From the NCBI GenBank assembly GCA_963813815.1, contig CAWFAD010000012.1, positions 147,590 through 211,589 on the forward strand: DNA of 64,000 nt. Reading direction: 5' to 3'. The position numbers were made by a program, and so were the translations under genes. Shown in pieces: positions 20,501-26,595 of this stretch. Source of the stretch: an uncultured bacterium (GTDB lineage Bacteria > Krumholzibacteriota > Krumholzibacteriia > Krumholzibacteriales > Krumholzibacteriaceae). Position 1 is the stretch's first letter; each line of letters opens with the position of its first letter. The notes beneath the pieces are model-generated. The model saw nothing but the letters and a program-made list of their open reading frames with translations, made no database searches and was not told where the DNA came from.

Positions 20501-23361
20501 GTGCACTCGAGCGCCACGACGCTCCCCGAGATCGGGTTCCCCTGCCCGTCTCGAACAGTCACCGTCACAACGATCGAGTCCACCCCGTCAGCCGTCGCCG
20601 TCGTCTTGCTCACCGCAATGTCCGACACCGACGGATCAAACGGACCCGTCACAAAGCTCACCGCCACCTGCTCCGTCAGATATATCCCGTTCGCTCGAGC
20701 GCGTATCGTCTTGCCCTCCGCCACCGTCGACGCCACGCTCCCCACCGCCACCCCACTCGCGTTCGTCACCGCACCCGGCTGCCGTACGTCGTTCCCGCTC
20801 CCCGTGCACTCGAGCGCCACGACGCTCCCCGAGATCGGGTTCCCCTGCCCGTCCCGAACAGTCACCGTCACAACGATCGAGTCCACCCCGTCCGCCGTCG
20901 CCGTCGTCTTGCTCACCGCAATGTCCGACACCGACGGATCAAACGGACCCGTCACAAAGCTCACCGCCACGAGCTCCGTCAGATATATCCCGTTCGCTCG
21001 AGCGCGTATCGTCTTGCCCTCCGCCACCGTCGACGCCACGCTCCCCACCGCCACCCCACTCGCGTTCGTCACCGCACCCGGCTGCCGTATGTCGTTCCCG
21101 CTCCCCGTGCACTCGAGCGCCACGACGCTCCCCGAGATCGGGTTCCCCTGCCCGTCTCGAACAGTCACCGTCACAACGATCGAGTCCACCCCGTCAGCCG
21201 TCGCCGTCGTCTTGCTCACCGCAATGTCCGACACCGACGGATCAAACGGACCCGTCATAAAGCTCACCGCCACCTGCTCCGTCAGATATATCCCGTTCGC
21301 TCGAGCGCGTATCGTCTTGCCCTCCGCCACCGTCGACGCCACGCTCCCCACCGCCACCCCACTCGCGTTCGTCACCGCACCCGGCTGCCGTATGTCGTTC
21401 CCGCTCCCCGTGCACTCGAGCGCCACGACGCTCCCCGAGATCGGGTTCCCCTCCCCGTCCCGAACAGTCACCGTCACAACGATCGAGTCCACCCCGTCCG
21501 CCGTCGCCGTCGTCTTGCTCACCGCGATGTCCGACACCGACGGATCAAACGGACCCGTCACAAAGCTCACCGCCACGAGCTCCGTCAGATATATCCCGTT
21601 CGCTCGAGCGCGTATCGTCTTGCCCTCCGCCACCGTCGACGCCACGCTCCCCACCGCCACCCCACTCGCGTTCGTCACCGCACCCGGCTGCCGTATGTCG
21701 TTCCCGCTCCCCGTGCACTCGAGCGCCACGACGCTCCCCGAGATCGGGTTCCCCTCCCCATCCCGAACAGTCACCGTCACAACGATCGAGTCCACCCCGT
21801 CCGCCGTCGCCGTCGTCTTGCTCACCGCGATGTCCGACACCGACGGATCAAACGGACCCGCCACGAAGACCGCCTCGAGGTCATGGGCGACGTATATACC
21901 TCCGCTCGAGGCAGTGACCGTCTTGCTCTCGGCCACGAGCGAGCGAATCGAGCCGCTCGCGAGACCGTTCACGTCCGTCGCTGCGGCGGGCTGGATGATC
22001 GTGTTGCCGCTTCCCGTCGCCTCGAATGCGACGGTCGCCCCCTCGATGCCGTTCGAAAACTCGTCGAGGATATGCGCGGCGAGCGGAACGGAATCGACCC
22101 CGTCCGCGACGGCGCTCGGGTCGCTCGAGACGATATCCGAAACTACCGGATCGTATGGGGCGTGATCGATGTAGATCGCGGCGGAGGCGGCCTCGAGCGT
22201 CGGAAAGACCCCGTCCTGATCGAGCAGGCCGAGGATGTAGGGAATGACGAGCTCCTTCAGGGTGTTGCGATAGTCGAGAGAGATGGAATACGAGCCGCTC
22301 GGAATAACGATCTGCGCGATCGGAGTCGAGTGATCGCCCGTCGTGTAAAAGCTCCCCGGCTGGCCGAAAAGCGAGATGGTCTGGCTGCTCGAAACAGGGC
22401 TCGGGTTGCCGAAGGCGTCCTCCACGAGCAGCCGGTACCTCACGTAGTCGCCCGCGACGGCGAGCGTATCCGCCGGCGCAACGAGGAGACGGAATGGCGT
22501 GCCGGGCAGGACGGTGATGCTCTGCTGCGGGTCGGCCCAATCCTGCCCCACTGCCGATGCCGTGATGGTCTTGACGCCCGCGACCGTATCGCGATAGTAG
22601 AAAGAGACGGTATCGGTTCCAACCGCAATCGTCACCGTATCGGTATCCGAAAAGCCCGCGCCCCCGAGATGCGAGAATCGTCCGGTAGGGGCGCTCGACG
22701 AAAGATACACGTCCAGATCCGCGGAAACGGGCGTTGAGTTCCCAAAGGCATCCACGGAGGAGAGACGAATCACGCTGCTTTCCGAGTCAGCCGGAAAGAC
22801 GCGCGGCGGAGTGACGAACGCGATCCCCGCGGTCGGGCCGCCCACGACGACATCGAGGGTCGGCGACGATGCGATGGGCACCCGAGGGCCCGGAGTGTTG
22901 GGATCTGAGCGCACCAGGAAAGGGACGTTGCTCTCGGGATAGGTCTGCGCCCTCGCCGCGCCGCCCGGATTCACTGAAACGTCGCCGTATATGACCGCCA
23001 CCGTCTGCCCCAAGCCGAGGGTCGTAATGTTGACGATAATGCTTTGCCCCGAGATCGTGATAGCCGGCGTTCCGAGAGTCCCGGCCGTCGAAGCCCTCAC
23101 GTAGCCAGCCACCAATGAGCTCAATATTTGCGGCGGACTCCATCCATCGGGAATAACGACCTCGATCGAGCCGACGGAGAATGTCTCCGCGCTCGTGTAA
23201 GTAATGGTCCACGTGCCATACGTGCCGACTATGACATCCGCCGACGGGCTGATGACGGCCGTGCCCGATCCCTCGGCGGCCCGAGCGCCAGGCCCGGCGA
23301 GCGCCGAGAGGACGAGCAACGCAATGAGCAGCGGAATGATTCTGGGGAATTGTTTTTTCAT
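8497..23361 (-). CDS. Giant (4,954 aa) secreted adhesin-like protein: signal peptide, Ig-like domains, 12 Big_1-type repeats, many CARDB-like modules, C-terminal Por_Secre_tail/FlgD-Ig-type sorting domain
   Basis: One continuous ORF. I chose ATG at 23361 (MKKQFPRIIPLLIALLVLSALAGPGARA, a classic signal peptide) rather than 23517. It carries recurrent V-x-N-x-G motifs. The C-terminus reads NYPNPFAAGSQETRICYFLL..VSIRIYDLAGILV..WDGRNARGETVRNGVYLCKVEAG. Confidence 0.9.
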   Translation of the reverse strand: MKKQFPRIIPLLIALLVLSALAGPGARAAEGSGTAVISPSADVIVGTYGTWTITYTSAETFSVGSIEVVIPDGWSPPQILSSLVAGYVRASTAGTLGTPAITISGQSIIVNITTLGLGQTVAVIYGDVSVNPGGAARAQTYPESNVPFLVRSDPNTPGPRVPIASSPTLDVVVGGPTAGIAFVTPPRVFPADSESSVIRLSSVDAFGNSTPVSADLDVYLSSSAPTGRFSHLGGAGFSDTDTVTIAVGTDTVSFYYRDTVAGVKTITASAVGQDWADPQQSITVLPGTPFRLLVAPADTLAVAGDYVRYRLLVEDAFGNPSPVSSSQTISLFGQPGSFYTTGDHSTPIAQIVIPSGSYSISLDYRNTLKELVIPYILGLLDQDGVFPTLEAASAAIYIDHAPYDPVVSDIVSSDPSAVADGVDSVPLAAHILDEFSNGIEGATVAFEATGSGNTIIQPAAATDVNGLASGSIRSLVAESKTVTASSGGIYVAHDLEAVFVAGPFDPSVSDIAVSKTTATADGVDSIVVTVTVRDGEGNPISGSVVALECTGSGNDIRQPGAVTNASGVAVGSVASTVAEGKTIRARANGIYLTELVAVSFVTGPFDPSVSDIAVSKTTATADGVDSIVVTVTVRDGEGNPISGSVVALECTGSGNDIRQPGAVTNASGVAVGSVASTVAEGKTIRARANGIYLTEQVAVSFMTGPFDPSVSDIAVSKTTATADGVDSIVVTVTVRDGQGNPISGSVVALECTGSGNDIRQPGAVTNASGVAVGSVASTVAEGKTIRARANGIYLTELVAVSFVTGPFDPSVSDIAVSKTTATADGVDSIVVTVTVRDGQGNPISGSVVALECTGSGNDVRQPGAVTNASGVAVGSVASTVAEGKTIRARANGIYLTEQVAVSFVTGPFDPSVSDIAVSKTTATADGVDSIVVTVTVRDGQGNPISGSVVALECTGSGNDVRQPGAVTNASGVAVGSVASTVAEGKTIRARANGIYLTELVAVSFVTGPFDPSVSDIAVSKTTATADGVDSIVVTVTVRDGEGNPISGSVVALECTGSGNDVRQPGAVTNASGVAVGSVASTVAEGKTIRARANGIYLTEQVVVSFVTGPFDPSVSDIAVSKTTATADGVDSIVVTVTVRDGQGNPISGSVVALECTGSGNDVRQPGAVTNASGVAVGSVASTVAEGKTIRARANGIYLTELVAVSFVTGPFDPSVSDIAVSKTTATADGVDSIVVTVTVRDGQGNPISGSVVALECTGTENSIRQPGSLTDALGRAVGSVKSTAAEGKTISALVDAVYLVESIPVSFVTGPFDPSVSDIAVSKTTATADGVDSIVVTVTVRDGQGNPISGKAVTIVCTGTENSIRQPGSLTDVLGRAVGSVKSTAAEGKTIRALVDAVYLAESIPVTFAAGPFSPDVSDLDVSKTTITADGADSVLVTVTVRDGEGNPISGSVVALECTGSGNDIRQPVGLTGPDGLARGGVKSTVAETKTIRARVDGALVTAGAAVSFVPGPFDPVVSEIQVDKTAIIADGADAVIVTVYVRDADSNPIPGVLVTLECTGSGNTIAQPSVVTGADGRAAGSVRSTVAEIKSIRARAGGALLDDVVPVAFTAGALHHFIVTHGGTATAGVPAAVSIDARDANNNKLTSFAGTVKVYPVRAAAADEATWGLGNAAGFIVSEAGDTVTYQFVSIDGGDAELLITDRLAESITIAAASGGVSSASATALAVSPAGADRVYAVSGDGQRAVVNTPVPLQLVVAVEDAFGNRVPGVTVAFAATAGGGAIDASVALAGVQTTAVTGGAGTASCEYWRLGTVAGLNTNEATAAISTGTVREAVFTATTDHGPVASVALAPASKPVTVNTETTVTATLRDGFNNLVFNENVTIYIKDTPADGYLSAAAGSTTEELTLSMRRGTSDSTGTVSVTYHAPASAGAQDAIDAYTNTVSSASVVDAVYSSVSSGATDLRATVLAGATSQAGITFSFVVEAVDGNGNRDLANSSRILLQASVDGGFSFSLSDFGATITEADLASGAVIIYGRGTRAGSWQIDALDEAAVLAPAQIPILIVANDVVSSYVVTAPAAAVAGAEFAVTAEARDLYGNRVASAGYTVDFRAVEASDSTQTASSALSPASGTLVNGLFAGANFRYTVAEPIRVEVSSVSNAVKGYSGAVSVGNAAAYQLVKIGGDSSGVAVGDSVRLAARVLDAYGNTVDGHSVFFTVQEGGGAISSPLAVSDAAGVARAWFRTDTLCGTNRARAAILDASPEGLETQGFTVTTVPRSAIDRVALSLPGTSFTAGEMFTCEVAAYDVYGNLIDTDSSTGLRAVAERASIDFTPDVMTLLAGVSSFTAFDSTAGANRIAVLSLAGDTLAPWSAEIAIEPAAAYRVVEVNGDTSGVIAGASVDLRARVTDRYGNAAPDEIVRFQVTSDLGGSPVLWDGTGAANDGLVLTDAGGAALCALTTDANAGVNSVSASILDASPPLLEQVVFDVGTIAGTIARFDVIPDGFAKKAGESFAVEIIAYDGYGNEAFDDDTTRVLLASDGSATFAVNPVTLSAGRATASARDTVAELLVLRARTLAGGATSYSGTITVSPEAPSGAIGIATVIPDTITANGTSTSAISTGAIRDVYGNVVAPGTLVRVTASAGTVISEDKDPSTPLTVERQTEASGAVSVFVRSATSPAVSTVEFQSVTGSAVGSVAVVFAPAPVCLYAGYLAPRHLLPTEPAQFRCSTSNTSPTGTYLSTATTISFADSLGHVYEAHLAAPAFLRGSATDTLDFQTVVVPAGLLGGTYTPRVALAGNDIYGFSYRGEFSAGSNSVSVSDVDILQVVSEKAIVSRGDTFTVDVRVRNGGGSTVSVIDITLKFANGFYGMAGDWNPPLPDDLAPGAERLYRHDIFALGYSPLGFDTIDASITAQANGSQVQDQTAYPNVSVIFVQAAASLSYVASTLDPDTVSRGQTHSFSLSVRNAGDAALILDPSETRLSFTDGADAVSVPLGYAGAIPGNTATALVFPPVSVPTAMDAGSWPVAVRLRGTENGGFFDTTLVLSDEMRVVDPAAVSYVIGTLAPAVVSKQSDVSFGVGVANSGGASVLCDPDSTWFTFTDGSLTYAASLDATRGRTIDPGVATLYFRAAVVPSDMAVGSYPPSLAIGGSENGLRFASIFALADSVGVQEPSQLAITSTTVLPAPMVTADQATPWFASVQVRNNGGATVRLESFSMRLLAGPVDVTGECILAPLDFTPNVDSLLGGETRAILVRLDDNPSGAMTTGTIVIESALAGRDLNSGASLLATTEYGGKGSYLVQTPASLVFAAVTASTDTVTALQTKDWFCDVAVRNAGQSDLGLDLDPAASFIAFSTSGDFIVVPPVELAGGGVVLEGGSTDTLRWRIDRSGSVAGPCVVESTVRGTELTSGRIISLASGDQGISGDVLVQTPAALAISRITPLQNPVTVSQDRAWSVEMEVRNTGQSDAALELGRIDSTRVVIPGGSGFVIDNPLALVEGGTVLRGGAAGRLVFTVSTTGMISPGTLALAGSVLAVETTSDRHVFASRAAPEDTVTFELPPDPSYVTGSLAPLAASSGTSVSFEAAIAADAGLRSTLTLDRSATTLSFGDADGDTVRTSLSDVSPNVLPSASQQTLLFDAALVDVALSLGRHAAFIRLVGEENGNPFSTVLPLSPDSVLVEQAPQLGISGIVTPQSVTRSQTEPWNVWMKLRNSGEASVSLDLAAAKTFLTFTIVGVGDRTYEYTVVRPAALSGIGGAILPGGAVDSLLFTVTSTGSTPGIALVNGTVTGTDVNSNLTVSDDTYSGGFSHVMVELPGDPAVVSSAPSRATVTSAQTTPWQIACEVCNAGEADLTLIPDSARVYRDEGLPLAHARPPAFVEGGLDLPGGECRHLVFSVSPTPEIPAGADIELHADVELVENNNGVHRSYDTRLDGSGSGSIRVQAQARLAVALAATAAPRAPYVDSGQQFVVVAEVANGGEARVENVGVALEGSGSSAIADTLVFIDAIAGFASASDTFLVTADGEGSEIFTARIRSAVDANSGESDYVLFDAAVDDTALAVIQRPAALVVTAVTPSQEAVNAGQTIEWTIDVGVRNDGEAPLEIDAAASDDLAFSIDGVSVGGYLVIAPETFVSGASPLVLEGGAADTLLYRIAATGRDTGSVDIAATLGWIDGNEPEAPRPPASGSGSVLVRPPSGLRIVAVTSDAPNNASFANTSIVNTGQTFNLTVRVENTGGDDLDSVLVRLATSGVSGTLVEGDSLAYMPSRTERDFVYAVTAAPSSAVEYLRASIVKAVSVNTGEPVTPAEAVESIENLRIETAALLACGASITSPAGAIDDTLSTGQIFVVTVLVENAGEAAIDTTGRVTLALPVSMSLADPADPLTRRFDAGAPLEWTLVAPAAPSLDTLRASISSVPNDINIGSPAAIQTAESRIVARTEEAGGIAECSVSVAAPAGAVDGVLSTDQEFVARVALVPSVNADSVWAELSAPAGYAVAGDMIKFVGAGAGELVTLDWTVRAPSIAAPVDTLVGRAGGVDANSGERLPVRRVVFAVRAVEKAALALAGRISGPDGALDGILSVNQSFTIEATAANAGEAGVDTAGARIELVLPSGQNYDLDGAGETYRKPFYPGEPVAWNVRAPAEPTSPGNLQIRFVEPLAEDVNTNLACAVTTGEVFLPVQTETGAVRMLNLSSLDTIPPVVVPQGAAGVPIMRAEFENTSGYTIGLDTLYVAIKDGTGRLVSPPSRRVSGVALVAGGVRFEAAVSEANPVPIVAGHAFEVVPGAADTLLLTADIAANAPAGEIRFEIEESADVVFSITLEGGGAGSRVGVVDDQGGDIAGSFLSGPLTVLSARFEDYVHNYPNPFAAGSQETRICYFLLEDAAVSIRIYDLAGILVWTKEIASGEEGGTGSADGIMHEIPWDGRNARGETVRNGVYLCKVEAGSQSALFKIAVAK
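18534..22170 (-). repeat. Tandem array of twelve 303-bp (101-aa) Big_1-like Ig-domain repeats inside the giant CDS; about 7-9 units are near-identical (~19,300-21,870)
   Basis: The same strings recur at exactly 303-bp offsets (cacaaagctc at 19741, 20044, 20347 and so on). The protein unit is GPFDPSVSDIAVSKTTATADGVDSIVVTVTVRDG[EQ]GNPISGSVVALECTGSGND[IV]RQPGAVTNASGVAVGSVASTVAEGKTIRARANGIYLTE[LQ]VAVSF. Confidence 0.92.
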
Positions 23362-23655
23362 CTTTCGAATCCGGCTCCCGGCCCTGTTTTCGCAGCTGAT
23401 TCGGAAAATTCGCAAGGTGTGTGCCAACACCCCGTTAACTGCTGAAACGCCGGGAAAAGGGCCCGGGCTTTCAGGGAAGACGGCTCGCCGCGAGAATCTC
23501 CGAATGCCACTGAGCATCGTAACTGATTCCGGGACAAGCAGTTAACACCATTCCTTGGAGCTGGTTCGAAGCGGCGTAATCCCTCTTCGCCGCGGACTTC
23601 ACCGGATGAACGATCCGCGGCGTCCGCTATCACGGCCCGGCATCGCCACACGCTG

Positions 23656-23684
23656 AAAATAGCAAACTCCCGGGCAAATCGCAA
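23656..23684 (-). promoter_or_regulatory. Candidate sigma-70-type promoter for the giant gene (TTGCGA-N17-TATTTT)
   Basis: Minus-strand reading gives TTGCGA tttgcccgggagtttgc TATTTT, located ~290 nt upstream of ATG 23361 in a 466-bp intergenic gap. Confidence 0.4.
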
Positions 23685-23827
23685 CACCGCCGCCATTCTT
23701 AACTTTTTGAAATATCGATTATTATGCGGCTCCGCGCAGCCGCCGGAGCGCTCCGGCGGAGGCCGCCGGCCGTGCAGCCGACCGAATGAATTCCGCCGCG
23801 GAGAGCGGAGCTCGAAGGCCCGCTCGA

Positions 23828-24220
23828 TCACGGTCCGACCACGACCACGGAATTGTACCCCCCGAAGCCGTCCTTTTCGCGCTCGGGGTTGCCCGGGTCA
23901 GGAAGCCATCTCTCTCCGTCGACAACGTACTTGTATTCGTACCGGCCGGGCCCGAGCGGAAGCACGACCGTCCACAGCCCGGTCCCTTCTCGATCGAAGA
24001 GCGGATCCGCGCCGGGCGACCATCCGTTGAAATCGCCCGCGATCGCCACCCTCTGAACCTTGGGCAAATAGAGGCTGAAGCGCGTCCCCCCCTCGACGGG
24101 CTCCGGTCCGGCGGCGCCGCCGCCTTGGCCGATGCCGGGATATCCCGTGCCGCACGCGGGCAGAAGCGCCGCGGCGATCACGACGAGAGCAAGAGCCAGT
24201 TTCTTCGGCGTTCGTTTCAT
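23828..24220 (-). CDS. Lipoprotein with CBM48/AMPK-beta glycogen-binding-like (E-set) domain
   Basis: Lipobox LLPAC. Domain signature FSLYLPKVQRVAIAGDFNGWSP...GLWTVVLPLGPGRYEYKYVVDGERWLPDPGNP. Confidence 0.75.
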   Translation of the reverse strand: MKRTPKKLALALVVIAAALLPACGTGYPGIGQGGGAAGPEPVEGGTRFSLYLPKVQRVAIAGDFNGWSPGADPLFDREGTGLWTVVLPLGPGRYEYKYVVDGERWLPDPGNPEREKDGFGGYNSVVVVGP

Positions 24221-24223
24221 GAT

Positions 24224-24631
24224 TCACGGCACGATGAGCAGGTTCGCCTTTCCTCCTCTCCCGTCATCCACGATCCGCGGGTTATCCGGATCGAAAAGCC
24301 ATTCCGACTCGTTCAGGAGAAATCGATAGCGATAGCGGCCCGGCTCGAGGCGCACCGTGATCTCCCAGACCCCGTCCTCCTCCGCGTTCTTCATGAGACC
24401 GACGAGAACCTCTCCCCCTTCCGCGTCGCCGCGCGCCCAGTTGTTGCCCGCCCAGTCTCCCGCGATCTGGACGGTTCGGGCCGAGGGGCTCTTCACGCGG
24501 AAGGTGATCTCGTCCCCCGATATCACGGGCGAGGCGACGCGGCGTTCGAGCAGGCCTCCGCATGAGCCCGCCGCGCCGATCAAGGCCAGGAGGGCGCCGA
24601 TCGCCAACCCAATCGACGTTCCGATGCGCAT
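24224..24631 (-). CDS. Lipoprotein with CBM48/AMPK-beta-like domain (paralog of 23828-24220)
   Basis: Lipobox-like AGSCG. Signature ITFRVKSPSARTVQIAGDWAGNNW...GVWEITVRLEPGRYRYRFLLNESEWLFDPDNP. Only 3 nt separate it from the next gene. Confidence 0.75.
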   Translation of the reverse strand: MRIGTSIGLAIGALLALIGAAGSCGGLLERRVASPVISGDEITFRVKSPSARTVQIAGDWAGNNWARGDAEGGEVLVGLMKNAEEDGVWEITVRLEPGRYRYRFLLNESEWLFDPDNPRIVDDGRGGKANLLIVP

Positions 24632-24654
24632 GAGCCGATTATACTCCGGCGTCG

Positions 24655-26595
24655 TCAGAATGTAAAACCCGCTTGCAGGGTCACGAGCCAGTCGTCCGCG
24701 AGCGCCTCCTCGGCGTCGAGCAACCTTCTCACGGCCGCCTGCTCCCCCAGCGCGGCGAGGACGCCGAACGGGTTACGCTCCTCGAGGTAACGCTCGCGCC
24801 CCCATGCGGCATAATCCCACAGCCATCGATCGAACGCATAGGGGGCGACGCCGCACCCGACGAGGCACCAGCAGGAGGAGGCGATCTTCGCGTGCAGCCC
24901 GAGAAACGCAGCGACAAAATCGCCCCGAGTCTCGCCGTAGCCATAGGATACCCCGCGCATGTCCAGAATGAGCGCGGCGCGCGGGTGAACGAACGTTCCA
25001 TTCGACAAACGGACCTCGACCGTGCGCGGGGAATACACCCCCGCGCCCGAGCGGTGTCTGACATCCACGGCCGTGCCGGATCCCCAGGAAAGACCGTCGA
25101 ACGGCTCCCGTCTCCAGGCGAGCGACATATGGATCTCGCGCAGCTCGCGCGAGGAGAGGAACGGCAGCCGGTCGAGCGTGACGCCGTCGCCGTCGAGCCA
25201 GAAATTCTCCGCCGACAGCCACCAGCGGTTCCCGGCGCCCGAGGCGCCGTAGATCTCGATCTCGCCCGCGAGCGTCGCCTCGAACGCTCCCCCTTCGTAC
25301 GAGATCTCGCCGCCGACATTCTCCCTGGTATGCTCCGGGGCGACGGCGGCGAGCTCCTCTATCACGTCGCGCGCGAACGTCGCGCGCGCGTCCACGCGAG
25401 CGCCGTCGCGAGAGACTCCGACGATGAATCGATATCCTCTCTCCCACTCGCGCTCGATGGACGACGGCGCGAACGTATCGGCGACGGAGGTCAAAGCTGC
25501 GGCGGCGATCCGATCGCTCCCTCCGAGCATGAACGCCCCCTCCAATCGCCAACCCTCCTCTCCTGGAATCTCGATGCGCCCACCCCACATTTCCACCCTT
25601 TCGTACCCTCGGCACATCGTTCCGGCGCTCTCCGGGTCCGGCCACGCCCCCGCCATCGTCCTTCGGTCGAGACGGTACAGGGCCTGGAGCCGGGCCGAAC
25701 CGGCCTTCGCCTCCACCCGCGCGCCGAACGCGTCGGCGTCGAGCATTTCTCTTTTCGCCGACGAATCCCCCGCCGACGCCATTCCCTCGAGCCCGCAGCC
25801 GCATCCACCGAGGCGGTTCGCATAGACGATCCGGGCATCGAGACCCCCGACGAGCCTGCCCGTGAATCCGGCGCCGCGGCTCATGAGCCCGGCAGGGTAA
25901 TCGTACGGTCCGATCCGGCCGAAGAGCGGAAGAGCCTCTCCGTCCTCGGCGAGCGCGGAGGCGGACCTATTGAAAAGGTGAATCGTGCGGCCGCCGAAAT
26001 CGTACGCAGCGGATCCTCTCGCGAGGAACGAAGCGCCATCGAGGGCTTGCTCATCCCCCGCGCGAGCGTCGAACCCGACGGTGCAATCCATGCTCGCCCG
26101 CTCGTCGAACGAGCCGGCGACGCGGACGGAACCGCCGAGCGTCGCCTCTTCCGGCCGGGCGGCGAGGCGGATCTCCCCGCCGATCCCGATACGCTCGCGC
26201 TCACGGGTTCGCTCGGAGCGGGAGTCGGCGCTGAGCAGGAGCTCGAGACCTCCCGGCGACTCGAGAATCGTAAAGCACGAGTTGCCGTCGGCATCCGCGC
26301 AGGGATTATCCGGATCCGCCGTCGAGACGCCGTCCGCGACGAAGCGGTATCGGTAGGAACCCGGAACGAGATAGAGCCGGATTTCGAAAACGCTGTCGAG
26401 GACCGCCATGAGATCGACCGTCGGGTTCCATCCGTTGAAATCGCCGACGAGGTAGACCCTCGCGGCGCCCTCCGCCCGCAGACGGAACACGACCTCCTCC
26501 TCGTCGACCGATACGGAAGCGCCGGCCGGCCCCGCCGAGAGGAGGACGATGAGGACGGCCGCGGCTATCGTGCGAAGGGGGTTCACGGCGTTCAC
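24655..26595 (-). CDS. Secreted protein: N-terminal CBM48-like domain plus a large putative outer-membrane beta-barrel
   Basis: Signal peptide AAAVLIVLLSAGPAGAS. Signature VVFRLRAEGAARVYLVGDFNGWNP...FEIRLYLVPGSYRYRFVADGVSTADPDNP. The rest is ~520 aa rich in alternating Gly/aromatic residues ending ...TLQAGFTF (OMP-like terminal Phe). GTG start overlaps the upstream stop (GTGA). Confidence 0.7.
   Translation of the reverse strand: MNAVNPLRTIAAAVLIVLLSAGPAGASVSVDEEEVVFRLRAEGAARVYLVGDFNGWNPTVDLMAVLDSVFEIRLYLVPGSYRYRFVADGVSTADPDNPCADADGNSCFTILESPGGLELLLSADSRSERTRERERIGIGGEIRLAARPEEATLGGSVRVAGSFDERASMDCTVGFDARAGDEQALDGASFLARGSAAYDFGGRTIHLFNRSASALAEDGEALPLFGRIGPYDYPAGLMSRGAGFTGRLVGGLDARIVYANRLGGCGCGLEGMASAGDSSAKREMLDADAFGARVEAKAGSARLQALYRLDRRTMAGAWPDPESAGTMCRGYERVEMWGGRIEIPGEEGWRLEGAFMLGGSDRIAAAALTSVADTFAPSSIEREWERGYRFIVGVSRDGARVDARATFARDVIEELAAVAPEHTRENVGGEISYEGGAFEATLAGEIEIYGASGAGNRWWLSAENFWLDGDGVTLDRLPFLSSRELREIHMSLAWRREPFDGLSWGSGTAVDVRHRSGAGVYSPRTVEVRLSNGTFVHPRAALILDMRGVSYGYGETRGDFVAAFLGLHAKIASSCWCLVGCGVAPYAFDRWLWDYAAWGRERYLEERNPFGVLAALGEQAAVRRLLDAEEALADDWLVTLQAGFTF

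Noticed and set aside
18534-22170. Regularly spaced 303-bp repeats considered as a possible CRISPR array or satellite
   Set aside because: The units abut with no spacers, are ten times longer than CRISPR repeats, stay in frame within a 15-kb ORF and encode Ig-like domains. No cas genes are present.
23540-23600. GGTTCGAA (tRNA T-loop-like) string in the leader of the giant gene
   Set aside because: The flanking bases do not form a T-stem, and no acceptor or anticodon arms can be drawn. It is not a tRNA.
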